Shown: in pieces, positions 10,646 to 21,945 of the stretch
How positions within the stretch are numbered: the first letter of the stretch is position 1
How the letters are laid out: the number at the start of each line of letters is the position of its first letter
Source of the DNA: Candidatus Latescibacterota bacterium
GTDB taxonomy: Bacteria > Krumholzibacteriota > Krumholzibacteriia > WVZY01 > JAKEHA01
Assembly: GCA_963707635.1 (NCBI GenBank)
Contig: OY970173.1
Location: 192,001-256,000 of the forward strand
Length of the DNA: 64,000 nt
Direction: 5' to 3'
Notes under the pieces: generated by a model
What the model saw: the letters and a program-made list of their open reading frames with translations, nothing else
Told to the model about the DNA's origin: nothing
Databases searched by the model: none
Program-made: the position numbers and the translations under genes

Positions 10646-10957
10646 ATGTACGGACGCAAGGTGTCATTTGAGTTGAAGCCCAATTGCTTCAACGACTTCA
10701 ATCGTCGCCAGGAGACGGACGTGGTTCCGATTCTGCGCAAGCAGAAGGGCTTCCAGGAAGCCATTACGATGGTAACGCCCGACAAGAAGCGCATTGAGGC
10801 AATCAGCCTCTGGGATCGCGTCGAGGATGCCGAGGCGTATGATCGTTCCAGCTACAAGGAAGTCGTCAAGCTGTTGGCGAGTGTCGTGGAGGGAACGCCG
10901 AAGGTCGAGACTATGGAAGTCGCGACGACGACGTTCCACAAGGCAGTAACCCGGTAA
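10646..10957 (+). CDS. small protein, probable ABM/dimeric alpha-beta barrel fold
   Basis: AAGGAGG RBS; RKQKGF...ISLWD..EDAEAY pattern. Confidence 0.65.
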   Translation: MYGRKVSFELKPNCFNDFNRRQETDVVPILRKQKGFQEAITMVTPDKKRIEAISLWDRVEDAEAYDRSSYKEVVKLLASVVEGTPKVETMEVATTTFHKAVTR

Positions 10958-10981
10958 CCGCCGGGTCGTCTGTTTGCAAGA

Positions 10982-11015
10982 ACGGGGCGGGGCAACAGCC
11001 CGCCCCGTATTTTTT
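10982..11015 (+). terminator. intrinsic terminator
   Basis: ACGGGGCGGGGC-AACA-GCCCGCCCCGT followed by a T run, between convergent genes. Confidence 0.75.
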
Positions 11016-11035
11016 GGCTCGGCGGTCGCGTGGTT

Positions 11036-12067
11036 TCAGAATCCTGAATGAAGCGCGCGGATCGCGGCGAAGGAAAGCGCACCCACTATTGCCGCCGCCG
11101 GAATGGTGAGAACCCACGCCCAGACGATCCGGCCCGCCACACCCCACCGGATCCCCGAGAGCTTCGTGGTCGCGCCCACGCCGATGATCGACCCCGTGAT
11201 CGTGTGGGTGGTCGAGACCGGAATGCCGCTGTGGGTCGCCAGGAAAAGGGTGAAAGCCCCGGCCGTTTCGGCGCAGAAACCGCCCACGGGTTTGAGCTTG
11301 GTAATCTTCATCCCCATCGTTCGCACGATGCGCCAGCCGCCCAGCGCCGTGCCGGCACCCATGGCGGCGTGGCAACTTAGAATGATCCACAGCGTCCTGG
11401 AATCCACCAGCGAGAGCTGCACATCCGGAGCGAGGCGCCCCGAAGCAACGAGCAGCGCGACGATGATCCCCATGGTCTTTTGTGCGTCGTTGCCGCCGTG
11501 GCCGAGCGAGTAGAACGCGGCCGACACCAGCTGACACCGTCGAAACAACCGGTCCACGGCGGTCGGGCGCCATTTGCGGAAGATCCAGTACACCGTCACC
11601 ATAAGCACGAAGGCGATTACCAGTCCCATGACCGGTGCGAGCGGAATGAACTTCACCGTCCTCAGGATCTTGTCCCAACGCAGAATGTCCCACCCCGCGT
11701 GCGCGACGCCGGCTCCCGCAAAACCGCCGATGAGCGCATGCGATGAGCTGGTCGGGAGTCCCCACCACCACGTCATCAAGTCCCACGCAATCGCACCGAT
11801 CAGACCAGCCAGAACCACATAGATGTAGACGGGGTCGCCGGGAACCACTTTGACGATCTTCGACACCGTATCGGCGACGGCGGGGGCGAAGACGAACATC
11901 GCCACGAAATTGAAAAACGCGGCCCACAGCACGGCCGTACGCGGCGAAAGCACCCGTGTCGACACGATGGTGGCAATGGAGTTCGCCGAGTCGTGGAAGC
12001 CGTTGATGACGTCAAAGGCCAGGGCAACCGCGACGACGAAGATGACGAGCGCGAGATCGCCGCTCAT
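11036..12067 (-). CDS. pit: inorganic phosphate transporter (PiT family)
   Basis: NGFHDSAN, GLPTSSSHA, GHGGNDAQK, PVSTTH. Confidence 0.93.
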   Translation of the reverse strand: MSGDLALVIFVVAVALAFDVINGFHDSANSIATIVSTRVLSPRTAVLWAAFFNFVAMFVFAPAVADTVSKIVKVVPGDPVYIYVVLAGLIGAIAWDLMTWWWGLPTSSSHALIGGFAGAGVAHAGWDILRWDKILRTVKFIPLAPVMGLVIAFVLMVTVYWIFRKWRPTAVDRLFRRCQLVSAAFYSLGHGGNDAQKTMGIIVALLVASGRLAPDVQLSLVDSRTLWIILSCHAAMGAGTALGGWRIVRTMGMKITKLKPVGGFCAETAGAFTLFLATHSGIPVSTTHTITGSIIGVGATTKLSGIRWGVAGRIVWAWVLTIPAAAIVGALSFAAIRALHSGF

Positions 12068-12070
12068 CGA

Positions 12071-12697
12071 TCAGGCATGCTCCAGGACGATGCCCTCGAT
12101 AACATTCGCGACGTCCTCGCAGGCGTCCGTCACGTTTTCCAGCGCCTGGTAGATCTCGTGCCACTTCAGGACGACGATGGGGTCGCGCTCGTCCCGGAAC
12201 AGGCGCGCCACCGAGGCCGCCTTGATCCGGTCGGCCTGGTTTTCCAGTTCATTGATGCGGACGCACTCTCCCAGGATCGTGGTCGCGTTTCTCATGTTGC
12301 GCAGCCCCTTGACCGCCCGTTCCACGGCTTCGGTGGCCTGCACCAGCACCACCGTGGCCTCCCGCGCGCTCTCCGGCAGCTCACGAATCTCGAAGAGGGT
12401 TAGCTGGCGCGCCGCGCCGTCGATGAGGTCGATGATGTCGTCCAGCTTGGACGCGATCCGGTGGATGTCGTTGCGGTCGATGGGCGTGATGAAAGTCTTG
12501 TGCAGCGTTTCCATGCAGGTATGGGTGATCTCGTCCGCGTCGTGCTCGAGTTCTTTGATGCGCCTGGCAACGTCCTCTACCTTGGCTCCCTGTTCCACCA
12601 GTTTGCCGAGTTCGCGGGCGCCTTCCACCGAAATCGCAGCGTGGCGCTCGAAGAAGTCGAAGAAGTTCGTCTGGCGGGGGAGGAGACGCGATAGCAT
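12071..12697 (-). CDS. DUF47 / PhoU-like phosphate transport regulator
   Basis: ELEHDAD, FITPIDRNDI, LENQAD, DACEDVAN; directly upstream of pit. Confidence 0.9.
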   Translation of the reverse strand: MLSRLLPRQTNFFDFFERHAAISVEGARELGKLVEQGAKVEDVARRIKELEHDADEITHTCMETLHKTFITPIDRNDIHRIASKLDDIIDLIDGAARQLTLFEIRELPESAREATVVLVQATEAVERAVKGLRNMRNATTILGECVRINELENQADRIKAASVARLFRDERDPIVVLKWHEIYQALENVTDACEDVANVIEGIVLEHA

Positions 12698-12831
12698 GAT
12701 TCTCTCCTGTTAGTGTAACGACGTCGTGGCCGCGCCGAGCAAATGGGTGCGCCGAGCGTACACCGCCCGACGCGACAGGGTCAAGGACCGCAGTCGTCGC
12801 GACCGATGCGAGCGATCCCTGTACGCTCCGT

Positions 12832-13011
12832 CTAGATGAACTTGAGCGCCATCTTGACGCGCTTCAGATAGAGTTCCACTTCGTCGATGCGCTCGCGGAG
12901 CGTGCCCGCTTCTTCGACGCCCCTCACACCCTTCATCAGGTACTCCAGCGTCTCCTGCGCGCCTCGCAACGCCTTCAGCGCTTCGTCGCGCTGGTCATCG
13001 CTCAATCCCAT
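12832..13011 (-). CDS. 59-aa hypothetical helical protein (below ORF-track cutoff)
   Basis: AAAGGAG RBS then MGLSDDQRDEALKALRGAQETLEYLMKGVRGVEEAGTLRERIDEVELYLKRVKMALKFI*. Confidence 0.7.
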   Translation of the reverse strand: MGLSDDQRDEALKALRGAQETLEYLMKGVRGVEEAGTLRERIDEVELYLKRVKMALKFI

Positions 13012-13026
13012 GACGTCTCCTTTCGA

Positions 13027-14298
13027 TCAGCTTTCATGCGCGGCCCGTCGATCCAGAATCTCCCGGAATCGCCGGACCAGTTCCCTCGCGTTGCGCTCCA
13101 GATCGAACATGGCTTGCACGCGTTGGCGTCCCCTGCGGCCCATCTCCCGGCCCTTCGCCGGATCACGCACGAGCATCTCGATGGCATCCGCCAGAGCGCC
13201 GGCGTTTCGCGACGGCACGAGCAATCCGGTCTCCCCATCGACCACCAGTTCCGGAATCCCGGACAACCGCGTCGCGACCACCGGCACCTCCAGCGCGGAG
13301 CCTTCGACGAGGAGGTTGGGGATTCCGTCCATGAACCGATCGTGGGTCTCGATGCACGGCAGCACCACCATCGCCGCAGTTCGCATGCGCTCCACGAGCT
13401 GCTCGTGCGGCATCGATCCGACCAGCTGCACGACGTCTCCCAGGCCATGGCGAGCGATGGCGCGCTCCAAGAGCGAGCGCTGCGGCCCGTCTCCCACGAT
13501 CTCAACGCGAAACCCGACCCCGCGATCCCGCAATAGCGCCGCCGCATCGACCAGAACCGGGAGCCCTTTCTGTTCCACGAGGCTTCCCCCCGCCACAATG
13601 CGCTCCCCGTCCCGCGTTTCGGCCGGCACGTAGCGTTGCAGATCCAGCCCGTGGTAGTTCAACACGATCTTCGACCGGTCCCAGTCGGTGCGACAGAACG
13701 GCGTGAGAACCTTCGTGTTGAAGCTCGTGCAGGTGGCGACGAACTCCGCGCCCGAAATCTTCGCCGCCAGACCCGCCTGATTGACCGGCACGAAGATGTC
13801 CCACGCGTGCCCGGTGAAGCTGTAGGTGGTCCCGAGCACCTTCGCCGCAAACACCGCGAGCGTCGTCGGGATGTTCGCGAAGTGCGCGTGGACGTGAGCC
13901 ACGCCCTCGCGCTCCATCCGCCGCGTGAACAGGAACATCTTCCCCAGGCACAAGAGCGTCCTCGCGACCGTGCCGGGATACCGCGCATGGGCCAGCATGT
14001 CCCGGGACAGATAGGCCAGGCCCTTCGCAACTTTCCACGGCCGGCGTGCCGACAGCGACACGAACGCGGTCAAATGATCCAGACCGAACCACGGGGCGTA
14101 GTTCGTCTTCTCGAGGAAGGGGCGAGCGTCGGCGTGGAGCGGCCCCGAGGGGCGCGGGCGAATGGAGTACAGGGACACCGACATTCCGGCGCGCTCCATC
14201 TCCAGGACTTCGCGCAGGATGAACGTCTCCGTCAGCTTCGGGAACAGAGACGCCACGTAGGCGATGCGCCCGCGTGGGGATTCCGGGGTTGCGCTCAT
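13027..14298 (-). CDS. glycosyltransferase family 4 (WcaL-like)
   Basis: FPKLTETFILREV, HVHAHF, EQKG, DGIPNLLVE, GIPELV; ATG overlaps asnB stop. Confidence 0.88.
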   Translation of the reverse strand: MSATPESPRGRIAYVASLFPKLTETFILREVLEMERAGMSVSLYSIRPRPSGPLHADARPFLEKTNYAPWFGLDHLTAFVSLSARRPWKVAKGLAYLSRDMLAHARYPGTVARTLLCLGKMFLFTRRMEREGVAHVHAHFANIPTTLAVFAAKVLGTTYSFTGHAWDIFVPVNQAGLAAKISGAEFVATCTSFNTKVLTPFCRTDWDRSKIVLNYHGLDLQRYVPAETRDGERIVAGGSLVEQKGLPVLVDAAALLRDRGVGFRVEIVGDGPQRSLLERAIARHGLGDVVQLVGSMPHEQLVERMRTAAMVVLPCIETHDRFMDGIPNLLVEGSALEVPVVATRLSGIPELVVDGETGLLVPSRNAGALADAIEMLVRDPAKGREMGRRGRQRVQAMFDLERNARELVRRFREILDRRAAHES

Positions 14299-16166
14299 GA
14301 TCGGGCCGCCTTCGAGCCGGCGCCGTTGCGCAGCCACACCTCCAGGCAGAGCAGCACCCAGACCGGCAGCACGAGCGCATCGTCCCCGCTCATACAGCCA
14401 TCCACCAGCCGGCGGACAGACCGCGGTTCGAGCCATTGGCTCGACAGCGCGGCGGGGTCGAGGAGGTGTTCCTGGAGGTAGGGCCGCAGGTTCCCGCGCA
14501 GCCAGGTTCCGATCGGCGGCATGAACCCGTGCTTGGGGCGGTGCACGATGTCCCTTGGTAGCACCCGCTCCGCCACGGTCTTCAGCAGGACTTTGCTCTG
14601 CCCGTGGTGATATTTCCACGCGGGGGCAAACCCCGACACCAGCTCGACAACGCGGTAGTCGAGAAACGGCACCCGCGCTTCCAGCGATGCGCGCATGGAC
14701 ATCTTGTCCACTTTCATCAGCAGGTCATCGGGGAGCCACTCGAGCGTGTCGGCGCGCAAAACGGCGTTGAGCCCGTTCTCACGGCGGGGAAAGTGCGCGT
14801 GCATGCGCTGCTCGAGGTGGTGTGCCGGCACGCTCGCCGCCACGTCGGCGCGCAGCAATCTCTGCCGCAGGCGGTGGGGAATGACAGAACGGGTGAAGAC
14901 GAAACGATCGGCCTGATTCATTCCCATCGCTTCCAGCGCCTTGTGCATGCGCCGTCCGGTCAACGGGCCTGCGATCGCTCCCGCCGCGCGCCGCAGCGGC
15001 CGCGGAATCCAGCCGATCCGGTCCATGACCCACTCGAGCTGGTAGTGGTCGTATCCCGCGAACAGTTCATCGGCACCCTCGCCGGTGAGCGCGACCGTCA
15101 CGTGCTCGCGGGCGAAGGCGGACAGAAGATAGGTGGGAACCGCGGCCACGTCGGCCAGCGGCTCATCCATTTGAGCAGTGGTGGACGGCAACAAAGTCCG
15201 CATATCCGGAGCCGTGACGACGCGCGTGTGATGATCCGTCCCGAATTGCGCGGCGACTTTCGCCGCGTAGGGAAGCTCCGAGTGCCAGCCTTCCGTTTCG
15301 AACCCGATCGAGAAGGTTTTCACCGGGCGGTCCATCGCCTTCGCCATCGCCGCCACGACCAGCCCCGAGTCCAACCCGCCCGAAAGGAACGCGCCGAGCG
15401 GCACGTCGCTCATGAGCCGGATCCGCACCGAATCCTCGAACAGCGCGACGAACTCTTCGCCCGCCTGTTCGAAGGACGCCGGGGCCTGACGCGGCTCCAG
15501 CGTCCAGAACGGCTTCAGCGCGATCTCGTCTCCGTGCGCCACCAGCACGTGTCCCGCGGGCAGCTTCTCGACGCCGCGATAGATCGTCCGCGGGCCGGGG
15601 ATGTACTGGAGGGCGAGATAGCTGTCGAGCGCGACCGGGTCGATGGCGATATCCACGCCCGGGCAATGCAACAGCGCCTTGATTTCCGACGCGAACGCGA
15701 GTCCGCGGGGCTTGAGCCGCGCGTAGTACAGCGGCTTGATCCCCAGCCGGTCGCGCACCAGCACCAGCGTCTGTCGCCGTCTATCCCACAGCGCGATGGC
15801 GAACATCCCGTTCATCTTCGAGGGAAAGGCCGGGCCCTCCTCTTCGTAGAGATGGACGATGCTCTCGCCGTCGCTGTGGGTCCGGTAGACGTGGCCTCTG
15901 GGTTCCAGCGCGGCGCGAATGGATTCGTGGTTGTAGATCTCGCCGTTGTAAATGGTCGAGATGCTCTGGTCCTCGTTGGCGAGCGGCTGGTGGCCGCCGG
16001 AGAGATCGACGATGGAGAGCCGGCGATGACCGAAATACGCCGGCGGATCGGCGAGGAAACCCTCGTCGTCCGGGCCGCGGTGGCGCATGGAGTCCGCCAT
16101 GCGCTTCGCCCATTCGGCGGCCTGCCGGGGGTCGAAGTCTCCGAAGAGCCCGCAGATCCCGCACAT
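14295..16166 (-). CDS. asnB: asparagine synthase (glutamine-hydrolysing) family amidotransferase
   Basis: MCGICG, HRGPD, NGEIYN, RDRLGIKPL, LSGGLDS, GEGADE. Confidence 0.92.
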   Translation of the reverse strand: MCGICGLFGDFDPRQAAEWAKRMADSMRHRGPDDEGFLADPPAYFGHRRLSIVDLSGGHQPLANEDQSISTIYNGEIYNHESIRAALEPRGHVYRTHSDGESIVHLYEEEGPAFPSKMNGMFAIALWDRRRQTLVLVRDRLGIKPLYYARLKPRGLAFASEIKALLHCPGVDIAIDPVALDSYLALQYIPGPRTIYRGVEKLPAGHVLVAHGDEIALKPFWTLEPRQAPASFEQAGEEFVALFEDSVRIRLMSDVPLGAFLSGGLDSGLVVAAMAKAMDRPVKTFSIGFETEGWHSELPYAAKVAAQFGTDHHTRVVTAPDMRTLLPSTTAQMDEPLADVAAVPTYLLSAFAREHVTVALTGEGADELFAGYDHYQLEWVMDRIGWIPRPLRRAAGAIAGPLTGRRMHKALEAMGMNQADRFVFTRSVIPHRLRQRLLRADVAASVPAHHLEQRMHAHFPRRENGLNAVLRADTLEWLPDDLLMKVDKMSMRASLEARVPFLDYRVVELVSGFAPAWKYHHGQSKVLLKTVAERVLPRDIVHRPKHGFMPPIGTWLRGNLRPYLQEHLLDPAALSSQWLEPRSVRRLVDGCMSGDDALVLPVWVLLCLEVWLRNGAGSKAARS

Positions 16167-16177
16167 GTTTCGTACCC

Positions 16178-17854
<1,677 letters not shown>

Positions 17855-18001
17855 GGGTACTCCTCGGGTAAAGGGTAGAGTCTAGAACAGGAGGCGTCGC
17901 CCAGCAACATTTGCTTGTCAGCGGCGGTGTCTCCGGGCGAAGATACCGGTTTCCGCTCGATCCGGCGTCGGTCTCACTCAATCTCAGGGCTCGGAGGCAA
18001 C

Positions 18002-18878
18002 ATGCAGCGGTGTGCGGTGGCGGCGTTTCTCAACCACAAGGGCGGTGTCGGCAAGACCACGTCGGTCGCGAACGTCGGCGCCGGGCTGGCCATACTCGGG
18101 AAACGCGTCCTGGTCGTGGATCTCGACCCGCAGGGGCACCTGACCAGTTTTCTCGGCGTCGGCCGAAACGAGATCGGCAGGACCATCTACGATGTTCTGC
18201 GCGGAGACGTCCACCCGCGCGACGCCATCATCACGAGGACGCTCAAGGCGCGTTTCCACATCGACGGCCGCGAGACCCAGTTGTCCATGGCGGTGATCCC
18301 CGCCACGCTGGACTTCGCCAACGCCGAAGAGAGCCTTGCGAACGTCAAGAACCGGGCGTTCCTGCTGCGAAATGCCGTCGCCAAGATCGCGGATAGCTAT
18401 GACCACGTCCTGCTTCGATTGTTCTCCCAGCCTCGGGCTGGTCTCGATCAACGCGCTCGTGGCCGCCCGCCGGGTGTTCATTCCGGTGCAGACGGAATAC
18501 CTGGCGCTGCACAGCCTGGAAGACCTGATGACGAGAATCGAGTCGGTCATGGATCAGCTGAACCCCGACCTCGAAATCGGGGGACTGATCGCCACCCGCT
18601 TCGACGCCCGGAAGGTGTTGAGCCGGACGGTGGTGGAGACGCTGCGCGAGCGCTTCGGCTCCCTGTTCCTGAACACGATGATCCGCGATAACATCGTGCT
18701 GGCCGAATCGCCGCAATTCGGCAAAGATATCTTCAGCTACCGGCCGCGCAGTTTTGGCGCCGAGGACTATCTGAACCTGTCCATGGAAATGATGAACCGG
18801 ATTACCCGGGCGAGCCTGTTTCCGTCGGTGGAACCCGGCCCGACCCCCAGCACCGAGAGCAGCCCGATCGCCGTGTGA
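18002..18878 (+). pseudogene. parA: ParA/Soj family ATPase interrupted by a +1 frameshift near 18413 (possible sequencing error)
   Basis: NHKGGVGKTT and DLDPQG in one frame; FDCSPSLG...PVQTEYLAL...IRDNIVLAESP in the next; removing one base gives YDHVL(F/L)DCSPS. Confidence 0.8.
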
Positions 18879-20212
18879 TGGCGCGCAAACGTCGAACGAT
18901 TCCCCTCCACACCCGAATCCTCATCGGTCTCACGCTGGGCGCCGGCATCGGCGGGCTCCTCAATGCGGTCGTGGGCCAAAGCTCCCCCTCGCTGGCCTGG
19001 GCCGCGACCAACCTGACCGAGCCGGTCGGCCAGCTTTTCCTCCGCCTGCTGCTGTTGCTGGTGGTGCCGCTCGTCTTCTCGTCCCTCGTCGTCGGCGTGG
19101 CGGGAATCGGCGACGTCCGCCGGCTCGGGCGCGTCGGGGCCAAGTCACTGGGCTACACGCTGGTGATGTCCACGATCTCGGTGCTCATCGGGCTCACCAT
19201 CGCGAACACGATCCGCCCGGGCGAGCGAATCCGCCCCGAGATCAGCCGGCAATTGCAGGAGCGGTACGCCTCTGACGCGGACAAACAGGTCGCCACCGCC
19301 ACCGCGACCGCCGCCAACGACGACGCTCGTCTACTCAAGGTCGTCAAGACCATCGTCCCCACCAACTTCTTCTCCGCGATCGCGAAGGAGCCACCCGACA
19401 TGCTGGGGCTGATGTTCTTCGCGCTGTTCTTCGGGGTCGGGTTGACGATGGTGGCCGAGGCGAAGGCGCGACCGGTCGTGCATGTCCTCGAGGGCGTCTA
19501 CGAAGCGGTCGCCCGCTGCATCGAGATGGTCATGCGGGTGGCGCCGTATGCGGTATTCTGCCTGCTCTTCACGATGACGTCGCGCTTCGGCTTCGGACTG
19601 CTCACGAGCCTGGGCTGGTACGTCGGCGCCGTGCTGCTAGGCCTCGCGATCCACATGTTCGGCGTGTATTCGCTGTCGGTCGCGGTGCTGTCGCGCATGA
19701 ACCCGATCGACTTCTTCCGGCGCATCAAGACGGTGATGATCACCGCGTTCTCGACCTCGTCCTCGAACGCGACGCTCCCGACCGCGCTCCGCGTCTCCGA
19801 GGAAAATCTCGGCGTCCCGCGCGACATCAACTCGTTCGTGCTGACGATCGGGGCCACCGCCAATCAGAACGGGACGGCGCTGTTCGAAGGCGTCACGGTC
19901 CTGTTTCTCGCGCAACTCGCCGGCGTGCACCTGTCGATCGGACAGCAGCTGATGGTGCTCTATCTCGCCATCCTGGGCGGGATCGGAACCGCGGGCGTTC
20001 CCTCCGGCTCGATTCCGTTCGTCATCCTGGTGCTGGCAACTGTGGGCGTGAACCCGGCGCTGATCGCGATCGTCCTCGGCGTGGATCGCATCCTCGACAT
20101 GTGCCGTACCACCCTGAACGTGACGGGGGACCTCACCATCGCGACCTACGTGGCGCGGTCGGAGGGAGTGGTGCTGAAGGAGCGCCACGTCGCGCCGGCG
20201 GTGGATCTCTAG
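18875..20212 (+). CDS. dicarboxylate/amino acid:cation symporter (DAACS, GltP-like)
   Basis: AFSTSSSNATLP, GATANQNGTA, GVDRILDMCRT. Confidence 0.92.
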   Translation: MMARKRRTIPLHTRILIGLTLGAGIGGLLNAVVGQSSPSLAWAATNLTEPVGQLFLRLLLLLVVPLVFSSLVVGVAGIGDVRRLGRVGAKSLGYTLVMSTISVLIGLTIANTIRPGERIRPEISRQLQERYASDADKQVATATATAANDDARLLKVVKTIVPTNFFSAIAKEPPDMLGLMFFALFFGVGLTMVAEAKARPVVHVLEGVYEAVARCIEMVMRVAPYAVFCLLFTMTSRFGFGLLTSLGWYVGAVLLGLAIHMFGVYSLSVAVLSRMNPIDFFRRIKTVMITAFSTSSSNATLPTALRVSEENLGVPRDINSFVLTIGATANQNGTALFEGVTVLFLAQLAGVHLSIGQQLMVLYLAILGGIGTAGVPSGSIPFVILVLATVGVNPALIAIVLGVDRILDMCRTTLNVTGDLTIATYVARSEGVVLKERHVAPAVDL

Positions 20213-20326
20213 AAGTTGTGCGTCTGGCTCCCTGTCGCTCCACCAAGTCCCCCGCAATGGCTTGCGTCCTTCCCCGGCGAGCACAAATCTTGAGATAGAC
20301 CCACACCCACGAACCAGGAGGGCGCC

Positions 20327-20725
20327 ATGATGCGCGCGGCCCACTTTCATGCCACGAGGCGAGTACTCGCCTTGACCCTTCTCGTCTCTTTCGCGAGCCT
20401 CACCCCGGCGGCGCACGCGCAGACCACGGCTCCGCCCCCGGCACCGATGCGCATGATCGCGACGGTTCGCGCCGTCGACACCAAGACCCGAATGCTCGAG
20501 GTGATGACTGGAGTCGGCCACGCGGTGCGCGTCCTGCGCCTTCAGGTCGCCGAGGATTGCACGATCACGGTTCCGTGGGCGGCCAAACACCTTTCCAGCT
20601 TCATTCCCGGCACGCACGCCCGCATCGAGTACCTCGCCGCGCCGACCGAAGCCGGCGCCTCGCTCCAGGGCATTGTCGTGGCGATCGAAGCCATCGATGT
20701 CGAGCGCCTGGAGGGCGAAGAATGA
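20327..20725 (+). CDS. secreted hypothetical protein
   Basis: Signal peptide ending AHA-Q; GGAGG RBS; stop overlaps next start. Confidence 0.65.
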   Translation: MMRAAHFHATRRVLALTLLVSFASLTPAAHAQTTAPPPAPMRMIATVRAVDTKTRMLEVMTGVGHAVRVLRLQVAEDCTITVPWAAKHLSSFIPGTHARIEYLAAPTEAGASLQGIVVAIEAIDVERLEGEE

Positions 20726-21906
20726 AACGCCGCGCGGCGCAGGCGTGGGTGTCGTTGGTCTGGTGGTCGCTGGCGGCGAGCGGCTGCGCGCGCGCGCCCG
20801 ACCCGGGCGATCCGATCGCGGGCCTTTCCAGGGAGGAGCGCGCCCGCTTCGAGCGGGGGCGCGTGGAATTCGAGCGCGTCTTCACGCCCGAGACGGGTCT
20901 CGGCCCGTTGTTCAATGCGGAGGCGTGCGCCGAGTGCCACGAGAGCCCGGTTGCGGGCGGCCCCGGGGACGAAGTGGAGATTCACGTCGGTGCGTTCGAT
21001 CGCGAGCTTTCATTCTGCGACCCGCTCGTTCACGAGGGCGGTCCCGTGGTTCAGCAGCACGCCACCCCGGCGCTCACCGCCGCGATTGGCATCGATCGCG
21101 AGCCGATGCCTCCGGGCGCGACCGGTACCGGCTTGCGCACGACCCCGGACCTTTTCGGATTCGGGCTGCTCGACGCCGTTCCCGACTCCGCGATTCTGGC
21201 CCTGGTCGACCCTGACGACCGCAACGGCGACGGCATCTCCGGCCGCCCCAATCGATTCTTCGACGGACGCGTGGGACGCTTCGGGCGCAAGGCGTTCGTC
21301 CCCACGTTGAGCGAATTCAACCAGGGCGCCTTCGTCATCGAGCAGGGGATCACCAGCCCCGCGGTGCCGGCGGAAGAAACCATCGGCGGGAAGCCGATCC
21401 CGGACGGCGTGGACGCCGTCCCCGAGCCGGAAGTCAGCCGGGAGACGACCGACCTGGTCGACGACTTCGTTCGTTTCCTCGCGCCACCCGCGCCTCGAAA
21501 CCTCTCGAAGGTGGGCCGGCGCGGGGAGCGGGTCTTCCACGAAATCGGCTGCGACGGGTGCCACGTCCCGACGCTCGTCACCGGGAACCACCCGGTCAAG
21601 GCGCTTCGATACCTCAAGGTGCATGCGTACACCGATCTTCTGCTCCACGACATGGGCAGCGACCTCGCCGACATCTGCTTCGGACTCGCCACGCCGGCGG
21701 AGTTTCGGACCGAGCCTCTCATGGGGTTGAGATTCTCCGAAGCCATCGAGGAAGGGGAGCCGCGTTTTCTGCACGACGGCAGGGCGAAGTCGATCGACGA
21801 CGCGATTCGCTTTCACGGAGGCGAGGCGCGGACGTCACGCGATCGCTTCGTGGGTCTCCCCGAACGCGACCGTGGCGCGCTGCTCGCGTTCCTGCGCTCG
21901 CTGTGA
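20722..21906 (+). CDS. di-heme oxidoreductase (DHOR/thiol oxidoreductase) family lipoprotein
   Basis: Two CXXCH motifs (CAECH, CDGCH); GLGPLFNA, GRFGRKA, YTDLLLHDMG, FLHDGRA. Confidence 0.88.
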   Translation: MKRRAAQAWVSLVWWSLAASGCARAPDPGDPIAGLSREERARFERGRVEFERVFTPETGLGPLFNAEACAECHESPVAGGPGDEVEIHVGAFDRELSFCDPLVHEGGPVVQQHATPALTAAIGIDREPMPPGATGTGLRTTPDLFGFGLLDAVPDSAILALVDPDDRNGDGISGRPNRFFDGRVGRFGRKAFVPTLSEFNQGAFVIEQGITSPAVPAEETIGGKPIPDGVDAVPEPEVSRETTDLVDDFVRFLAPPAPRNLSKVGRRGERVFHEIGCDGCHVPTLVTGNHPVKALRYLKVHAYTDLLLHDMGSDLADICFGLATPAEFRTEPLMGLRFSEAIEEGEPRFLHDGRAKSIDDAIRFHGGEARTSRDRFVGLPERDRGALLAFLRSL

Positions 21907-21945
21907 TCGAGGTCAGCAATCACTCGGCTTGCGCCGACCCCCACC

